Below, in pieces: positions 24,642-38,810 of a DNA stretch of 64,000 nt. Both the position numbers and the translations under genes were made by a program. How positions within the stretch are numbered: position 1 is the stretch's first letter; every line of letters starts with the position of its first letter. Source of the stretch: Macrostomum lignano (taxonomy: Eukaryota); NCBI GenBank assembly GCA_002269645.1, contig NIVC01000344.1, positions 124,001-188,000 on the forward strand. Reading direction: 5' to 3'. The notes under the pieces are model-generated. The model was not told where the DNA came from. It searched no databases and saw only the letters and a program-made list of their open reading frames with translations.

Positions 24642-25545
24642 GAGCTTGTGAAGTTTCGAGCTTGTGAAGCTTCGAGCTTGGGAAGCTTCGAGCTTGTGAA
24701 CTTTCGAGCTTGTGAAGCTTCGAGCTTGTGGATATTCGAGTTGGTGAAGATTCGAGCTTGGGAAGTTTCGAGCTTGGGAAGTTTCGAGTTGGTGAAGATT
24801 CGAGCTTGGGAAGTTTTGAGCTTGTGAAGATTCGAGCTTGTGAAGTTTTGAGCTTGTGAAGATTCGAGAGTGTGAAGTTTTGAGCTTGTGAAGTTTTGAG
24901 CTTGGGAAGCTTCGAGCTTGTGAAGTTTCGAGCTTGGGAAGTTTCGAGCTTGGGAAGTTTCGAGCTTGTGAAGTTTCGAGCTTGGGAAGCTTCGAGCTTG
25001 TGAAGTTTCGAGCTTGTGAAGTTTCGAGCTTGGAAGGTTTCGAGCTTGGGAAGTTTCGAGCTTGGGAAGTTTCGAGCTTGTGAAGTTTCGAGCTTGGGAA
25101 GTTTCGAGCTTGTGAAGATTCGAGCTTGTGAAGATTCGAGTTTGTGAAGATTGCTTGTGAAGGTTTCGAGCATGTGAAGGTTCGATCTTGTGAAGTTTCG
25201 AGCTTGTGAAGGTTTCGAGCATGTGAAGTTTCGAGCTTGTGAAGATTCGAGCTTTTGAAGGTTTCGAGCTTGTGAAGGTTTCGAGCTTGTGAAGGTTTCG
25301 AGCTTGTGAAGGTTTCGAGCTTGTGAAGATTCGAGCTTGTGAAGATTCGAGCTTGTGAAGATTCGAGCTTGTGAAGCTTCGAGCTTGTGAAGCTTCGAGC
25401 TTGTGAAGATTCGAGCTTGTGAAGCTTCGAGCTTGTGAAGATTCGAGCTTGTGAAGATTCGAGCTTGTGAAGATTCGAGCTTGTGAAGCTTCGAGCTTGT
25501 GAAGTTTCGAGCTTGTGAAGATTCGAGCTTGTGAAGTTTCGATCT
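24642..25545. repeat. 16-bp minisatellite (GAGCTTGTGAAGTTTC)
   Basis: About 56 units. Confidence 0.92.
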
Positions 25546-25919
25546 CGTCAAACGACCCCCGCCAAAAAGATAAAAATTTGTTATAAACTCAAGTGAACTG
25601 ACCTTTAAGTATTTAAGAGACACTCTCACCTGACTTTGGCGACACAGTTTTTATGCTCGTAATATTTATTTATTTTCGATAGAACACAATTCTTGGATAA
25701 TGATGTTACGTTAGTTTCTATGCCATTTCCTCCAATCCTTAGCTTTAGACAATAAATAGCATTAGAGGTGGGCGGCGTAAGGCGATGTAAGCGAATGCTT
25801 CATTGGTTGTAGCCAATTGGGACGATTTTGGGGGGGGGGGTTAATCTCCTTCCTAGAATCCCTAGAAGTTCATCGCAAGTTGAAAGCCCTAGATTACTCA
25901 AATCCCAAGTGTCTGTGAT

Positions 25920-26320
25920 CACAATCTCGAATCCCCATCGATCTGATCCCAATCTCGAATCGCCATGGATCTGATCCCAATCTCGAATCGCCATGGATCT
26001 GATCCCAATCTCGAATCCCCATGGATCTGATCCCAATCTCGAATCGCCATGGATCTGATCCCAATCTCGAATCCCCATCGATCTGATCCCAATCTCGAAT
26101 CCCCATGGATCTGATCCCAATCTCGAATCCCCATCGATCTGATCCCAATCTCGAATCCCCATGGATCTGATCCCAATCTCGAATCCCCATGGATCTGATC
26201 CCAATATAGAATCCCCATGGATCTGATCCCAATCTCGAATCCCCATGGATCTGATCCCAATCTCGAATCCCCATGGATCTGATCCCAATCTCGAATCCCC
26301 ATGGATCTAATCCCAATCTT
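25920..26320. repeat. 28-bp minisatellite (GGATCTGATCCCAATCTCGAATCCCCAT)
   Basis: About 14 units. Confidence 0.92.
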
Positions 26321-26496
26321 AAGTTGGGATCTGATGCTCAAGTTTCCTAAGACAGAAAGTATGAAAATAGCAGCGTCATTATTAACTGCCTACTAACAGT
26401 AGAAGTAGTAGAGAACTTAGCTGCTAATAGTCAAATGATAAAAAAAAAAAAAAACTTTAAATGCACTTTTTCTATTTTTAATCTCTTAAAAAACTC

Positions 26497-26815
26497 CTCC
26501 CCTGTGCTTCTCCCCTGTGCTTCTCCCCTGTGCTTCTCCCCTGTGCTTCTCCCCTGTGCTTCTCCCCTGTGCTTCTCCCCTGTGCTTCTCCCCTGTGCTT
26601 CTCCCCTGTGCTTCTCCCCTGTGCTTCTCCCCTGTGCTTCTCCCCTGTGCTTCTCCCTGTGCTTCTCCCCTGTGCTTCTCCCCTGTGCTTCTCCCTGTGC
26701 TTCTCCCCTGTGCTTCTCCCCTGTGCTTCTCCCCTGTGCTTCTCCCCTGTGCTTCTCCCCTGTGCTTCTCCCCTGTGCTTCTCCCGTGCGCTTCTCCCCT
26801 GTGCTTCTCCCTTGT
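26497..26815. repeat. 13-bp minisatellite (TCCCCTGTGCTTC)
   Basis: About 24 units. Confidence 0.92.
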
Positions 26816-27202
26816 GCCCCCGGTGCAGAAGTGAGCCTGCATAACAAAGCGAGGCCGTCCGGTATCAGCTCGGACTCAGGATTTCAATAGCGGCCAGTTG
26901 CTTTTGAAGCAGAATTTCCCCTAAATTCGAACTCGAACTTACGCTCAAATCCCAAACTAATCTCTTTATCTCTTTCATTGTGAACCCAAAGAACGGACAT
27001 ACTTCAAATTAGGCAATGTCCTTCACCTGAATGAGCTGGCTTAAGAAGCAGGATTAGCGAGGTTTACCTTCTCTGCGGATGGCCACCCCCGCAGTTTCAA
27101 CTCTGCTTTCGACCGAATCGTGGGGAGCAGAGAGAGGACTCTAATGAGGATTCTCGACGCCATCTACGCCTCCTCGTTTGCTTCCCCGTCTCCCATTCTC
27201 CT

Positions 27203-28250
27203 TCGGATTCGGATGCATTCGGATTCGAATTTGAATTTAGATTCAGATTCAGATTCAGATTCGGATTCGGATTCGGATTTGGATTCAGATTCAGATTTAG
27301 ATTCGGATTAGAACTCGGATTCAAATTCAGATTTAGATTCGGATTCAGATTCAGATTCGGATTCAGATTCAGATTCGGATTCGGATTCGGATTCAGATTC
27401 AGACTCGGATTCGGATTCGGATTTGGATTCAGATTCGGATTTGGATTCAGATTCAGATTTAGATTCGGATTCGGATTCGGATTCGGATTCGGGTTCGGAT
27501 TCGGATTCAGATTCGGATTCGGATTCGGATTCAGATTCAGATTCAGATTTAGATTCGGATTAGAACTCGGATTCAGATTCAGATTCAGATTTAGATTCGG
27601 ATTAGAACTCGGATTCAGATTCAGATTCGGATTTAGATTCGGATTAGAACTCGGATTCAGATTCAGATTCAGATTTAGATTCGGATTAGAACTCGGATTC
27701 AGATTCAGATTCGGATTTAGATTCGGATTAGAACTCGGATTCAGATTCAGATTCAGATTTAGATTCGGATTAGAACTCGGATTCAGATTCAGATTCAGAT
27801 TTAGATTCGGATTAGAACTCGGATTCAGATTCAGATTCGGATTTAGATTCGGATTAGAACTCGGATTCAGATTCAGATTCAGATTTAGATTCGGATTAGA
27901 ACTCGGATTCAGATTCAGATTCAGATTTAGATTCGGATTCGGATTCGGATTCGGATTCAGATTCAGATTCAGATTTAGATTCGGATTAGAACTCGGATTC
28001 AGATTCAGATTTAGATTCGGATTAGAACTCGGATTCAGATTCAGATTTAGATTCGGATTCAGATTCAGATTCGGATTCAGATTCAGATTCGGGTTCGGAT
28101 TCAGATTCGGATTCAGATTCAGATTCAGATTCGGATTAGAACTCGGATTCAGATTCAGATTTAGATTCGGACTAGAACTCGGATTCAGATTCAGATTTAG
28201 ATTCGGATTCAGATTCAGATTCGGATTCAGATTCAGATTCGGGTTCGGAT
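27203..28250. repeat. GATTCR hexamer array with 36/42-bp higher-order units
   Basis: GATTCA/GATTCG/GATTTA units with recurrent GATTAGAACTCG; short sister copy at about 29135-29182. Confidence 0.92.
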
Positions 28251-28339
28251 TTATGGTTTTCCTGTCTTCGAACAGACGTTGTTTCGAATCCTCAATCTAT
28301 GATCTCAATTAGACCCAGTCTTTTGAATCTGGATATGTC

Positions 28340-28500
28340 TCTGAATTTCGAATTTCTACACTATATTTATCCACCGAAGTTCCGGGTTCGATTCCACATC
28401 GCAGCAACATCAATTTTGGCTTCACACGCGGGTCGAATGCTGGCCTGGGGCTTGTGTCCAGCCCCCAAGACACACTGCCTGACAATAAGAAAGTCACTCT
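28340..28500 (+). mobile_element. Second SINE-like family (B), diverged copy
   Basis: B box GGTTCGATTCC at 28385-28395 followed by CCCCAAG...TGCCTGACAATAAGAAAGTCA, shared with copies near 39250, 41050 and 51480. Confidence 0.5.
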
Positions 28501-28796
28501 GAAACTGAATGGCGCCTACTCAAATCTTGCTTTCGACTTATCTAGGATGCCTCATCGTGAAAGATGCTGAAATATTTGCTTTTTACAGGAAAATTTACTA
28601 TGGACACACACACTACCTATCTCCTGCCTCTTGATTGCTATGTGAACAATGAACAAGTCACGGGGCCAACAACCGCATCACGGAAGCGAGACAAAGCAGA
28701 GCTGTACGGCCGGAATCGGGGGCACGATTTCCACAGGCCCCTTAGCAACTAACAGAATATCGGTGAGGCAGGAAGTCTGACTGAGCCGTCACTTAC

Positions 28797-28853
28797 AATC
28801 GCATTCAGCTATGGTCTGCCCGCGTCGGAGTCTCTGAAGGGCTCTTCTTTGGC

Positions 28854-28884
<31 letters not shown>

Positions 28885-28977
28885 GATTTGATAGTGCAGT
28901 CTCAGATCCAGCAAGTCCGTGAGAGACTCACCATCCAGTCTCTGCGCTTCATCAATAAGCTTTGTATGAGCTGTCAT
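28797..28977 (-). CDS. HCN: Candidate first coding exon of HCN
   Basis: AAAATGA start; MTAHTKLIDEAQRLDGESLTDLLDLRLHYQIQ(Q)nRQRRALQRLRRGQTIAECD; phase-1 GTAAGT donor joins in frame to the phase-1 acceptor at 20710, giving a 935-aa ORF. Confidence 0.6.
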
Positions 28978-29457
28978 TTTTATGGTCTGCAACCGTTGAT
29001 TTGCTCACTGCACCGCTGGACCCTGGCAACTGTTTTTGTTTCCGTGCGGGTGCTTGGGAGAGGGAGTTGCCTGAGGCTGAGCTGTCATTGGCTAGCATAT
29101 GGGCTCTGCTTGTTCCTACTGCAGATGGAATGCCGATTCGGATTCAGATTTAGATTCGGATTCGGATTCAGATTCAGATTAAATTGGGATACGATATTCC
29201 ACAAAAACTGACACGCAGAATTGCTTAGACGAGCCCCACAGCGGCAACCCTTCGCGAAAAGCAAAATTTCGCGAATTTGTAGCGTTCCGAACGCCCGCGA
29301 GTCTGTGAAAACGCAAATTTTTTTATACAAGTAAATCCTTCCAAATTCCTAAAAAGCGTGGGGCGAAATATTTAGCGCAATAAAAAATTGTCCGACACAT
29401 TTGATGCAGTTTCTGGAGCATGAAATATTGCAGTGCAGATGCCGATACAGCCCCATT

Positions 29458-30040
<583 letters not shown>

Positions 30041-30344
30041 AGAGGCCATTCAACCAAATCAGCTGACCTGGATAGATGATTACTATGCATAAAAAAGATA
30101 ATTTCGCCCTTGAAGTCTCCAAATTTTATAACTCCACTTTTTAAATCCAGACCATGCGGCACAGCCAATTGGTTGGCACTCCTAAATTAGTCTCGTGTCT
30201 CTTGTGTCATGCTTAATAATTTACTTTATCCAGCAATTTTTTTTAAATTTGTGATTAACCATTTTTGCACATGGCTCGCAATCGCCTTCTGCTTTCTGAA
30301 TTTAATATTTTACTACTATATTTCATATAAACCGTTTTCTATCC

Positions 30345-30540
30345 CGTCTCCCATCTCTCCTCTGTCCTCTTAAATCCCTTCTCTCTTATCTCTCCTGTCC
30401 TATCTCTCCTCTCCGATCTCTCTTCTCCGATCTCTCCTCTCCCATCGCTCAACTCCTACCTCTCACCTCCCATCTCTCCTTTTCCGGCTCTCATCTCTCA
30501 CCTCCCATCTCTCCTCTTCCATCTCCCATCTCTCATCTGC
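30345..30540. repeat. Degenerate CATCTCTCCTCTCC repeat
   Basis: Reverse complement of the 14-bp unit of the 37130-38810 array. Confidence 0.6.
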
Positions 30541-31023
30541 TTTTCTGAAATTGTTCCAGTTCCATTGTATGTTCCAATTGATTTAAGCCCCTAGTAAATT
30601 GGATCAGTGTGCTCAGGCCTTCTTTTGCCGGCTATCTGTGCAATTAGAAATTTCCTGAGTGAGGCTCAGGAGTATCGGACTGGAGCGGTGCTGGCTAGCA
30701 GCTCTGACCCGCGGCAAGAGCCAAGAGGCCAAATTCAATAGGAGGAGCCGCTTCTCATTGAGACGGAAACTTGAGAGGGGAAGTTTTTCTCCCTAAGCCC
30801 TAAAAGGAGGTCTATTTGCGATTGTTATGATTGAAATCAGATCTTGTTGTGCTCCAATTGAGGCTCAAATGAGGACTAAATAGAAGCCGCTCAGGGTAGG
30901 GGAGGTAAAGCCAAGATGCTTAGCGGATGGGCTGGTCAGTGCGCCTTTTTACTTAACCTACTCTGGGCTGGCTCTTTGCCGGCTTCTGCTTGCCTGCTGC
31001 CATGAGTGCAAGAGTTTTGGACG

Positions 31024-31300
<277 letters not shown>

Positions 31301-31735
31301 ATACAGTTGCTGGCGAACAGGATGGCGAGGAGTGGCATAAAAGCCACTTTAGTAGCCTATTTTCTTTAATTTCTTATCAAAAGCATTCTAAGCGCTGATT
31401 CATCTACTGTTAGTAGGCGATACCTCAGCAACCCCGTACGCTTTGCTTATAAAGAATTTTTAGTGCCAGTTTGTTCTCTAAACTGCAAATGAGGTAATAA
31501 ATTAATATTTTCGGCACTGAAAATACACAGAAAGGGGCCGAAAAACAGACACGGCGTTAACTGGTGAACTAATGGTGCAGCTCAGAACGCGATTTTACTA
31601 CCGTTGGCTTCAATAGCTGCAAACCTTTTTTGCCAAGTTCTAATTACCACCAGAGCCGCTTGGGACAGCCTAAAGCAAGTTGAAGCGATCGGTTTTGCTT
31701 TGGTTTTTCTTTAAGTATTTTCAGCGACACTTTCG

Positions 31736-32375
31736 CAACCCTGTACAGACACCTCACTAACCCTAGCTGTACAGACACCTCACCAACCCTGTACAGACAT
31801 CTCACCAACCCTAGCTGTACAGACACCTCACTAACCCTAGCTGTACAGACATCTCACCAACCCTAGCTGTACAGACACCTCACTAACCCTAGCTGTACAG
31901 ACATCTCACCAACCCTAGCTGTACAGACACCTCACTAACCCTAGCTGTACAGACACCTCACCAACCCTAGCTGTACAGACACCTCACTAACCCTAGCTGT
32001 ACAGATACCTCACCAACCCTAGCTGCACAGACATCTCACCAACCCTAGCTGTACAGACATCTCACCAACCCTAGCTGTACAGAAACCTCACCAACCCTGT
32101 ACAGACACCTCACCAACCCTGTACAGACATCTCACCAACCCTAGCTGTACAGAAACCTCACCAACCCTGTACAGACACTTCACCAACCCTGTACAAACAC
32201 CTCACCAACCCTAGCTGTACAGACATCTCACCAACCCTAGCTGTACAGACACCTCACCAACCCTGTACAAACACCTCACCAACCCTAGCTGTACAGACAT
32301 CTCACCAACCCTAGCTGTACAGACACCTCACCAACCCTGTACAGACACCTCACCAACCCTGTACAGACACCTCAT
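31736..32375. repeat. 26/22-bp minisatellite (CTGTACAGACACCTCACCAACC[CTAG])
   Basis: About 26 units of two length variants. Confidence 0.9.
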
Positions 32376-34609
32376 TCATCAACCCTTTAGAGATCCTTGA
32401 ACCCCTATATATACATTTTAACCCTTTTAGCTGGCCTAACAGCCCCTAGAGACACGGACAGAATCCAACCGACCCAGATTTCCTAGAAAAAATTTCATCA
32501 TCAATTCAACACGTCCAAAGTCCCACAGAGAGCCCGATATTGTCAGTGCAACACCACAATAATTTCGTATCTTTATTCAAGCTTGACTTCATGCGCGTGT
32601 CTGCGCTTGTCCCACAAATATTTTCTGGTGCCAGAAACCCCTCCCACCTCTCCCCCACAACCGAATTTTGCCGGGCTAAAATTTATGCCAGGGCACTCGC
32701 CCACGCCACAGCCAATGCCTACAGCATCCGCATCAGCGCAAAGCGGAAGTGCCATAATTAGGCCTAGCGGGTCTCTCACCCTCTCCGGCTTCATTAGGAG
32801 CCCATAGTGCCGGCCCGTAGACCAACAATACAATTATGAGAGTCCCAGCCTATCCGCCAATGGGATTTTGATCCCCATTCCCCATCCTAGAAGCGGCCGG
32901 CAAGAGGGCGGACTCCATGATTTACGCCTAGGGGTGTTCTCCCCTGAGCTGCTCTCGCTCCCATCTGGTCTAATATATTTTCAAGCCGCTTTATAGCATC
33001 ATGTACACTAGGATTATTGCTGCTTTTAACTGGACTTTGCCCTCTACACTTGCCTCTCCCACCTCCCTCGATGTTTGACTATCTCCCTAACCTCTACCTC
33101 TACTCTTCTCTACCTCCCCTCTACCATTCTCTCCCTCCCCTCGACCATTCTCTCCCTCCCTCTACTCTTCTCTCCCTCCCCTCTACCCTTCTCTCCCTCC
33201 CCTCTACCCTTATCCTCTACTCCTCTGTCTCTGTCCCTCTTCAGATCAATCCAACTCCCTCTTCAATTCTCTCGCTGTCTCCTCGCCTCTTTCCATTTTC
33301 CTCTTTCCTTTTTAATCCCCTATTCAGCCCCTATCGATCTCCAAACCTACGGTCAGACCTATCAGCTGTCTGTTATCCGTGAAAAAACCTTTTCTTTTTT
33401 CCTTTCAAAGCTGTTAATTGCTTTAAAATTTCCAAATCAATCAAGCATTAAAAAATCTGGAAAATTATTTCTGGAATTTTAGTCGTCATTTCATTAAAAA
33501 TTGGTCAGACAGCGATTCAAAATTCTGCCTAAATATAAATTTTATATATTTAATTGTCCATCATTCGTGGACCACCTAATTACAAATAGAGCAAGCATAC
33601 GGGCATACGCGTTTTGACCGATACGGACACAAGTTTTTAATCGCAGAACGGCAAAAAATGCTTGTTAAACTGTTTCTTGAAAAAAACTGTGAATCGATCT
33701 TGGACAAAACTTGCGCTTGTTTGGTATGAAATTCGGATTAGCAGGAGATGAGGCATTTGGGAATTTTGTGCAAAAAAACTTCTTCAATTCTGTGCGCGGC
33801 TGGCCTCATTCATTTAAGCTTGGGGGGTAAGAGTCAATAAGTAAGTACGCCTTTGTCATTAAAAACTTCATTTGAAATGCTTCAGTTTAACTTACTACTG
33901 AACTGAAAGTAGCTTGCACGCAAATGTGCTGAGTGGCCCAGCTATTCTAGCATCTGTGATTGGGCCTTGTGCACAAAACAGTGCTTTTCTGTCTGGGCAG
34001 AGCAGGGGCGGGTGAAGGACGGCCCAGAGGTGGAACGGCCGGAGTTTTTCGCTCAGATTTAACGACACCCCCAAGCGAAGCCAAGCTCTGTCCTTCTAAA
34101 AGAAACTCGGGCCTAAAAGCAAGAATCCGAGACAAAGAAGCCGGCAGCAGAAATGGAGAAGAGATGAGAGGAAGCAATGATGCGAGGCGAGCACAAAGTC
34201 GATGGATGAAGATGCTGGACAGCTTCATCATCAGAGGTGGAGCACTCTTTTTAACGCCATTACAAGAATTATCTCCCATTTCCTAGGGGAAATTACTCCA
34301 CAGCAGAGCTTGAGAAGCTGCCGCCTGGCTGCACTCCCGCATCCGATGGAATTTTCCCCTCATCGCCTCGCTCTCTTCCCCTCTCTGATTCCCATTACCA
34401 GATCGGCTAATCCTCGGTTCCCAGGGCCGCCATTTCTGTAAGCTGCAGCGCCAGCCTGGACAAAGCTCGCCATCAGGCGTGACAGAGAGCTCAGTGCCAC
34501 CTTTGCTGCCTGTCCGTGTGTTTTTCATTTTAATATCCGTTTCAGAATCCTCCAAAATTCTAGAACTCCGCGTCTAAACCGGCTTCCAAACGCTTTGGAA
34601 ACACGTTTC

Positions 34610-35448
34610 TAAACCCCTCTCTGAACCCCTTCCTGAATCAGTCTCTAAACCCCTTCCTAAATCAGTCTCTGAACCACTTCCTGAATCAGTCTCTAAACCC
34701 CTTCCTGAATCAGTCTCTAAACCCCTTCCTGAATCAGTCTCTGAACCACTTCCTGAATCAGTCTCTAAACCCCTTCCTGAATCAGTCTCTAAACCCCTTC
34801 CTGAATCAGTCTCTAAACCCCTTCCTGAATCAGTCTCTAAACCCCTTCCTGAATCAGTCTCTGAACCCCTTCCTGAATCAGTCTCTGAACCACTTCCTGA
34901 ATCAGTCTCTAAACCCCTTCCTGAATCAGTCTCTAAACCCCTTCCTGAATCAGTCTCTAAACCCATTCCTGAATCAGTCTCTAAACCTCTTCCTGAATCA
35001 GTCTCTAAACCCCTTCCTAAATCAGTCTCTGAACCACTTCCTGAATCAGTCTCTAAACCCCTTCCTGAATCAGTCTCTAAACCCCTTCCTGAATCAGTCT
35101 CTAAACCCATTCCTGAATCAGTCTCTGAACCCCTTCCTGAATCAGTCTCTAAACCCATTCCTGAATCAGTCTCTAAACCCCTTTCTGAATCAGTCTCTAA
35201 ACCCCTTCCTGAATCAGTCTCTGAACCCCTTCCTGAATCAGTCTCTAAACCCTTCCTGAATCAGTCTCTGAACCCCTTCCTGAATCAGTCTCTGAACCCT
35301 TCCTGAATCAGTCTCTGAACCCTTCCTGAATCAGTCTCTGAACCCCTTCCTGAATCAGTCTCTGAACCCTTCCTGAATCAGTCTCTGAACCCTTCCTGAA
35401 TCAGTCTCTGAACCCCTTCCTGAATCAGTCTCTGAACCCCATCCTGAA
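34610..35448. repeat. 24-bp minisatellite (TTCCTGAATCAGTCTCTAAACCCC)
   Basis: About 35 units. Confidence 0.93.
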
Positions 35449-35884
35449 TTTTGACAGCTATACTTCTCACTGACTTCATTTTTGCTCCCGCCAAGCCAAA
35501 TAAAGCAGTTAGCAGGTATTCATTCCTACATTGATACACGTCCTCGAAGAACGAGATGGGCACCTCCAGGATGCTGCCTGCTCCAAAGCTGCCTGTGTGA
35601 CCGCGGAACTGGTTCATGACTGACTGACTGAATGATCAATCTGAATCTCTAACTCCCCTCGAGCCCATCCCAGCGGGCTGAGCTCTATAAAGTGCAGGAG
35701 TTGCAAGTGATTCTACCAATCAGCCGCTTCAGCCTATCGCGCGAGTTGTAACTGCGATTAGTCCTCTCGGATTTTACGAGGGCTGAACTCGATTTCAGCT
35801 ATTTTAGGGGCTTGTGAATGGATGCAGAAACAAGGGTACGTGGAGGAGTGGGGTAGGGTAAATTGGGGTAGGTCGGGTTTCGTG

Positions 35885-36470
35885 GAGTTTGGTAGGGTGG
35901 AGCGGGGTAGGTAGGATGAAGTGGGGTAGGTAGGATGAAGTGGGGTAGGTAGGATGAAGTGGGGTAGGTAGGATGAAGTGGGGTAGGTAGGATGAAGTGG
36001 GGTAGGTAGGATGAAGTGGGTAGGTAGGGTGGAGTGGGGTAGGTAGGATGAAGTGGGTAGGTAGGATGAAGTGGGGTAGGTAGGATGAAGTGGGGTAGGT
36101 AGGATGAAGTGGGTAGGTAGGATGAAGTGGGTAGGTAGGGTGGAGTGGGTTAGTGTGGAGTGGGGTAGTGTGGAGTGGGGTAGTGTGGAGTGGGGTAGTG
36201 TGGAGTGGGGTAGTGTGGAGTGGGGTAGTGTGGAGTGGGGTAGTGTGGAGTGGGGTAGTGTGGAGTGGGGTAGTGTGGAGTGGGATGGGATGAAGTGGAG
36301 TAGATAGGTTGAATTTGGGTTGGTAGGGTGGAGTAGGGTATGGTTGGAGTGGGGTATAGTAGATAAGTGAGTTAGGGTAGAGGAGTAGGGTAGATGAGTC
36401 GGGTAGGGTAGGGTTGATTGGGATAGGGTAGAGAAGTGGGGCAGGTTAGAGTAGTAGGGTAGGTGGGGTG
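35885..36470. repeat. Compound G-rich array (19-bp GGGGTAGGTAGGATGAAGT then 15-bp GGGGTAGTGTGGAGT)
   Basis: Two adjacent unit types followed by a degenerate tail. Confidence 0.88.
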
Positions 36471-37129
36471 GTGTTGGAGAGCGGAAAATGAAGGAAGACA
36501 AGCCGGAAGAATTGCATAAGATATTTAGGGAGTTTGGGACTGTTCCTTAGACCTATAGAAGACGAAATGTTGACCTGCTCTAAGCTGCTCTAAGCTGCTC
36601 TAAGCGACTTAATATTTGCAAGAATGTACAGACTGAACTAAGAAGTGACACATAAGGCGTTTTCTCTGTCTCAGCCGAAATGCAGCTGTTGAGTCTGGCA
36701 GAAGTCTCAGCTATACTCCATGCCAGATGTCTCGGCTGGATTCCCTTGGAGATTCGCCAGTTCCACGCGTTTCTATCCCCGTTTTCTTACTTCTTTTAAC
36801 TTGCAAATTAGCCAGCTGAGTCGCTTTGTGGCCCAAATTGAGAGGCAGGGACAGCGCGAGCGCTCGGCTGATCGAATCACAAGTCGCGGCTCGAAGGAAG
36901 GCGAAGAACTTGAGCGACACTAGCCAGGAAGATTGATTAGTTGAGAAGCCGCTTACTTTAGGGAAAATTTTCTAGGGAATACAACTTAAAGATTTAAAGT
37001 GGCCAGAGCTGCCAAGTGTTGTCAAGTCCTTAATGCGTTCTAAAATCATTGCTTTTGCACGAACTGGCAATCTGCAGCGGATACTATTTTATAGAATCAA
37101 TTATAGAATCAGATAGAGAGGATAGGTAA

Positions 37130-38810
37130 GAGAGGACAGATGGGAGAGGAGAGATGGGAGAGGAGAGATGGGAGAGGAGAGATGGGAGAGGAGAGATGGG
37201 AGAGGAGAGATGGGAGAGGAGAGATGGGAGAGGAGAGATGGGAGAGGAGAGATGGGAGAGGAGAGATGGGAGAGGAGAGATGGGAGAGGAGAGATGGGAG
37301 AGGAGAGATGGGAGAGAAGAGATGGGAGAGGAGAGATGGGAGAGGAGAGATGGGAGAGGATAGATAAGAGAGGAGAGATAGGAGAGGAGAGATAAGAGAG
37401 GAAAGATGATAGAGGATAGATATGAGAGGAGAGATGGGAGAGGAGAGATGGGAGAGGAGAGATGGGAGAGGAGAGATGGGAGAGGAGAGATAAGAGAGGA
37501 GAGATGGGAGAGGAGAGATAAGAGAGGAAAGATGATAGAGGATAGATATGAGAGGAGAGATGGAAGAGGAGAGATGGGAGGGGAGAGATGGGAGAGGAGA
37601 GATGGGAGGGGAGAGATGGGAGAGGAGAGATGGGAGAGGATAGATAAGAGAGGAGAGATAGGAGAGGAGAGATAAGAGAGGAAAGATGATAGAGGATAGA
37701 TATGAGAGGAGAGATGGGAGAGGAGAGATGGGAGAGGAGAGATGGGAGAGGATAGATAAGAGAGGAGAGATGGGAGAGGAGAGATAAGAGAGGAAAGATG
37801 ATAGAGGATAGATATGAGAGGAGAGATGGAAGAGGAGAGATGGGAGGGGAGAGATGGGAGAGGAGAGATGGGAGGGGAGAGATGGGAGAGGAGAGATGGG
37901 AGAGGATAGATGGGAGAGGATAGATAAGGGAGGAGAGATGAGAGATAGGAGAGTAGAGATGGGAGGGGAGAGATAGGAGAGGAGAGATGGGAGAGGATAG
38001 ATGGGAGAGGATAGATAAGGGAGGAGAGATGAGAGAGATGAGAGATAGGAGAGGAGAGATGGGAGAGGAGAGATGGGAGAGGAGAGATGGGAGAGGATAG
38101 ATATACGAGAGGAGAGATGATAGAGGATAGATGCGAGATGAGAGATGGGAGAGGAGGGATGGGAGAGGAGAGATAGGAGAGGAGAGATGAGAGAGGATAG
38201 ATGGGAGAGGATAGATAAGGGAGGAGAGATGAGAGAGGATAGATAGGAGAGGAGAGATAAGAGAGGAAAGATGATAGAGGATGGATATGAGAGGATAGAT
38301 GGGAGAGGATAGATGGGAGAGGATAGATGGGAGAGGATATATGGGAGAGGATAGATGGGAGAGGAGAGATCGGAGAAGAGAGATAAGAGAAGAGAGATGG
38401 GAGAGGAGAGATGGGAGAGGAGAGATGGGAGAGGAGATATGAGAGAGGAGAGATGAGAGAGGAGAGATAAGGGAGGAGAGATGAGAGAGGATAGATGGGA
38501 GAGGAGAGATGGGAGAGGAGATATGAGAGAGGATGGATGGGAGAAAAGAGATGGGAGAGGAGAGATAAGGGAGGAGAGATGAGAGAGGAGAGATGGGAGA
38601 GGAGAGATGAGAGAGGAGAGATAAGGGAGGAGAGATGAGAGAGGATAGATGGGAGAGGAGAGATGGGAGAGGAGAGATGAGAGAGGAGAGATAAGGGAGG
38701 AGAGATGAGAGAGGATAGATGGGAGAGGAGAGATGGAAGAGGAGATATGAGAGAGGATGGATGGGAGAAGAGAGATGGGAGAGGAGAGATGGGAGAGGAT
38801 TAATGGGAGT
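37130..38810. repeat. 14-bp polypurine-rich minisatellite (GGAGAGGAGAGATG)
   Basis: About 120 units; the 570-aa minus ORF is an artefact. Confidence 0.93.

Noticed and set aside
27068-27163. ATG-initiated MASRILIRV...AEK segment with an AAG|GTAAAC donor as an alternative HCN first exon
   Set aside because: The phase-0 donor is out of frame with the phase-1 acceptor at 20710; at most a non-coding or uORF exon
35773-35800. TACGAGGGCTG resembling a mariner TIR start
   Set aside because: Only about 8 bp of match, with no partner TIR or transposase nearby
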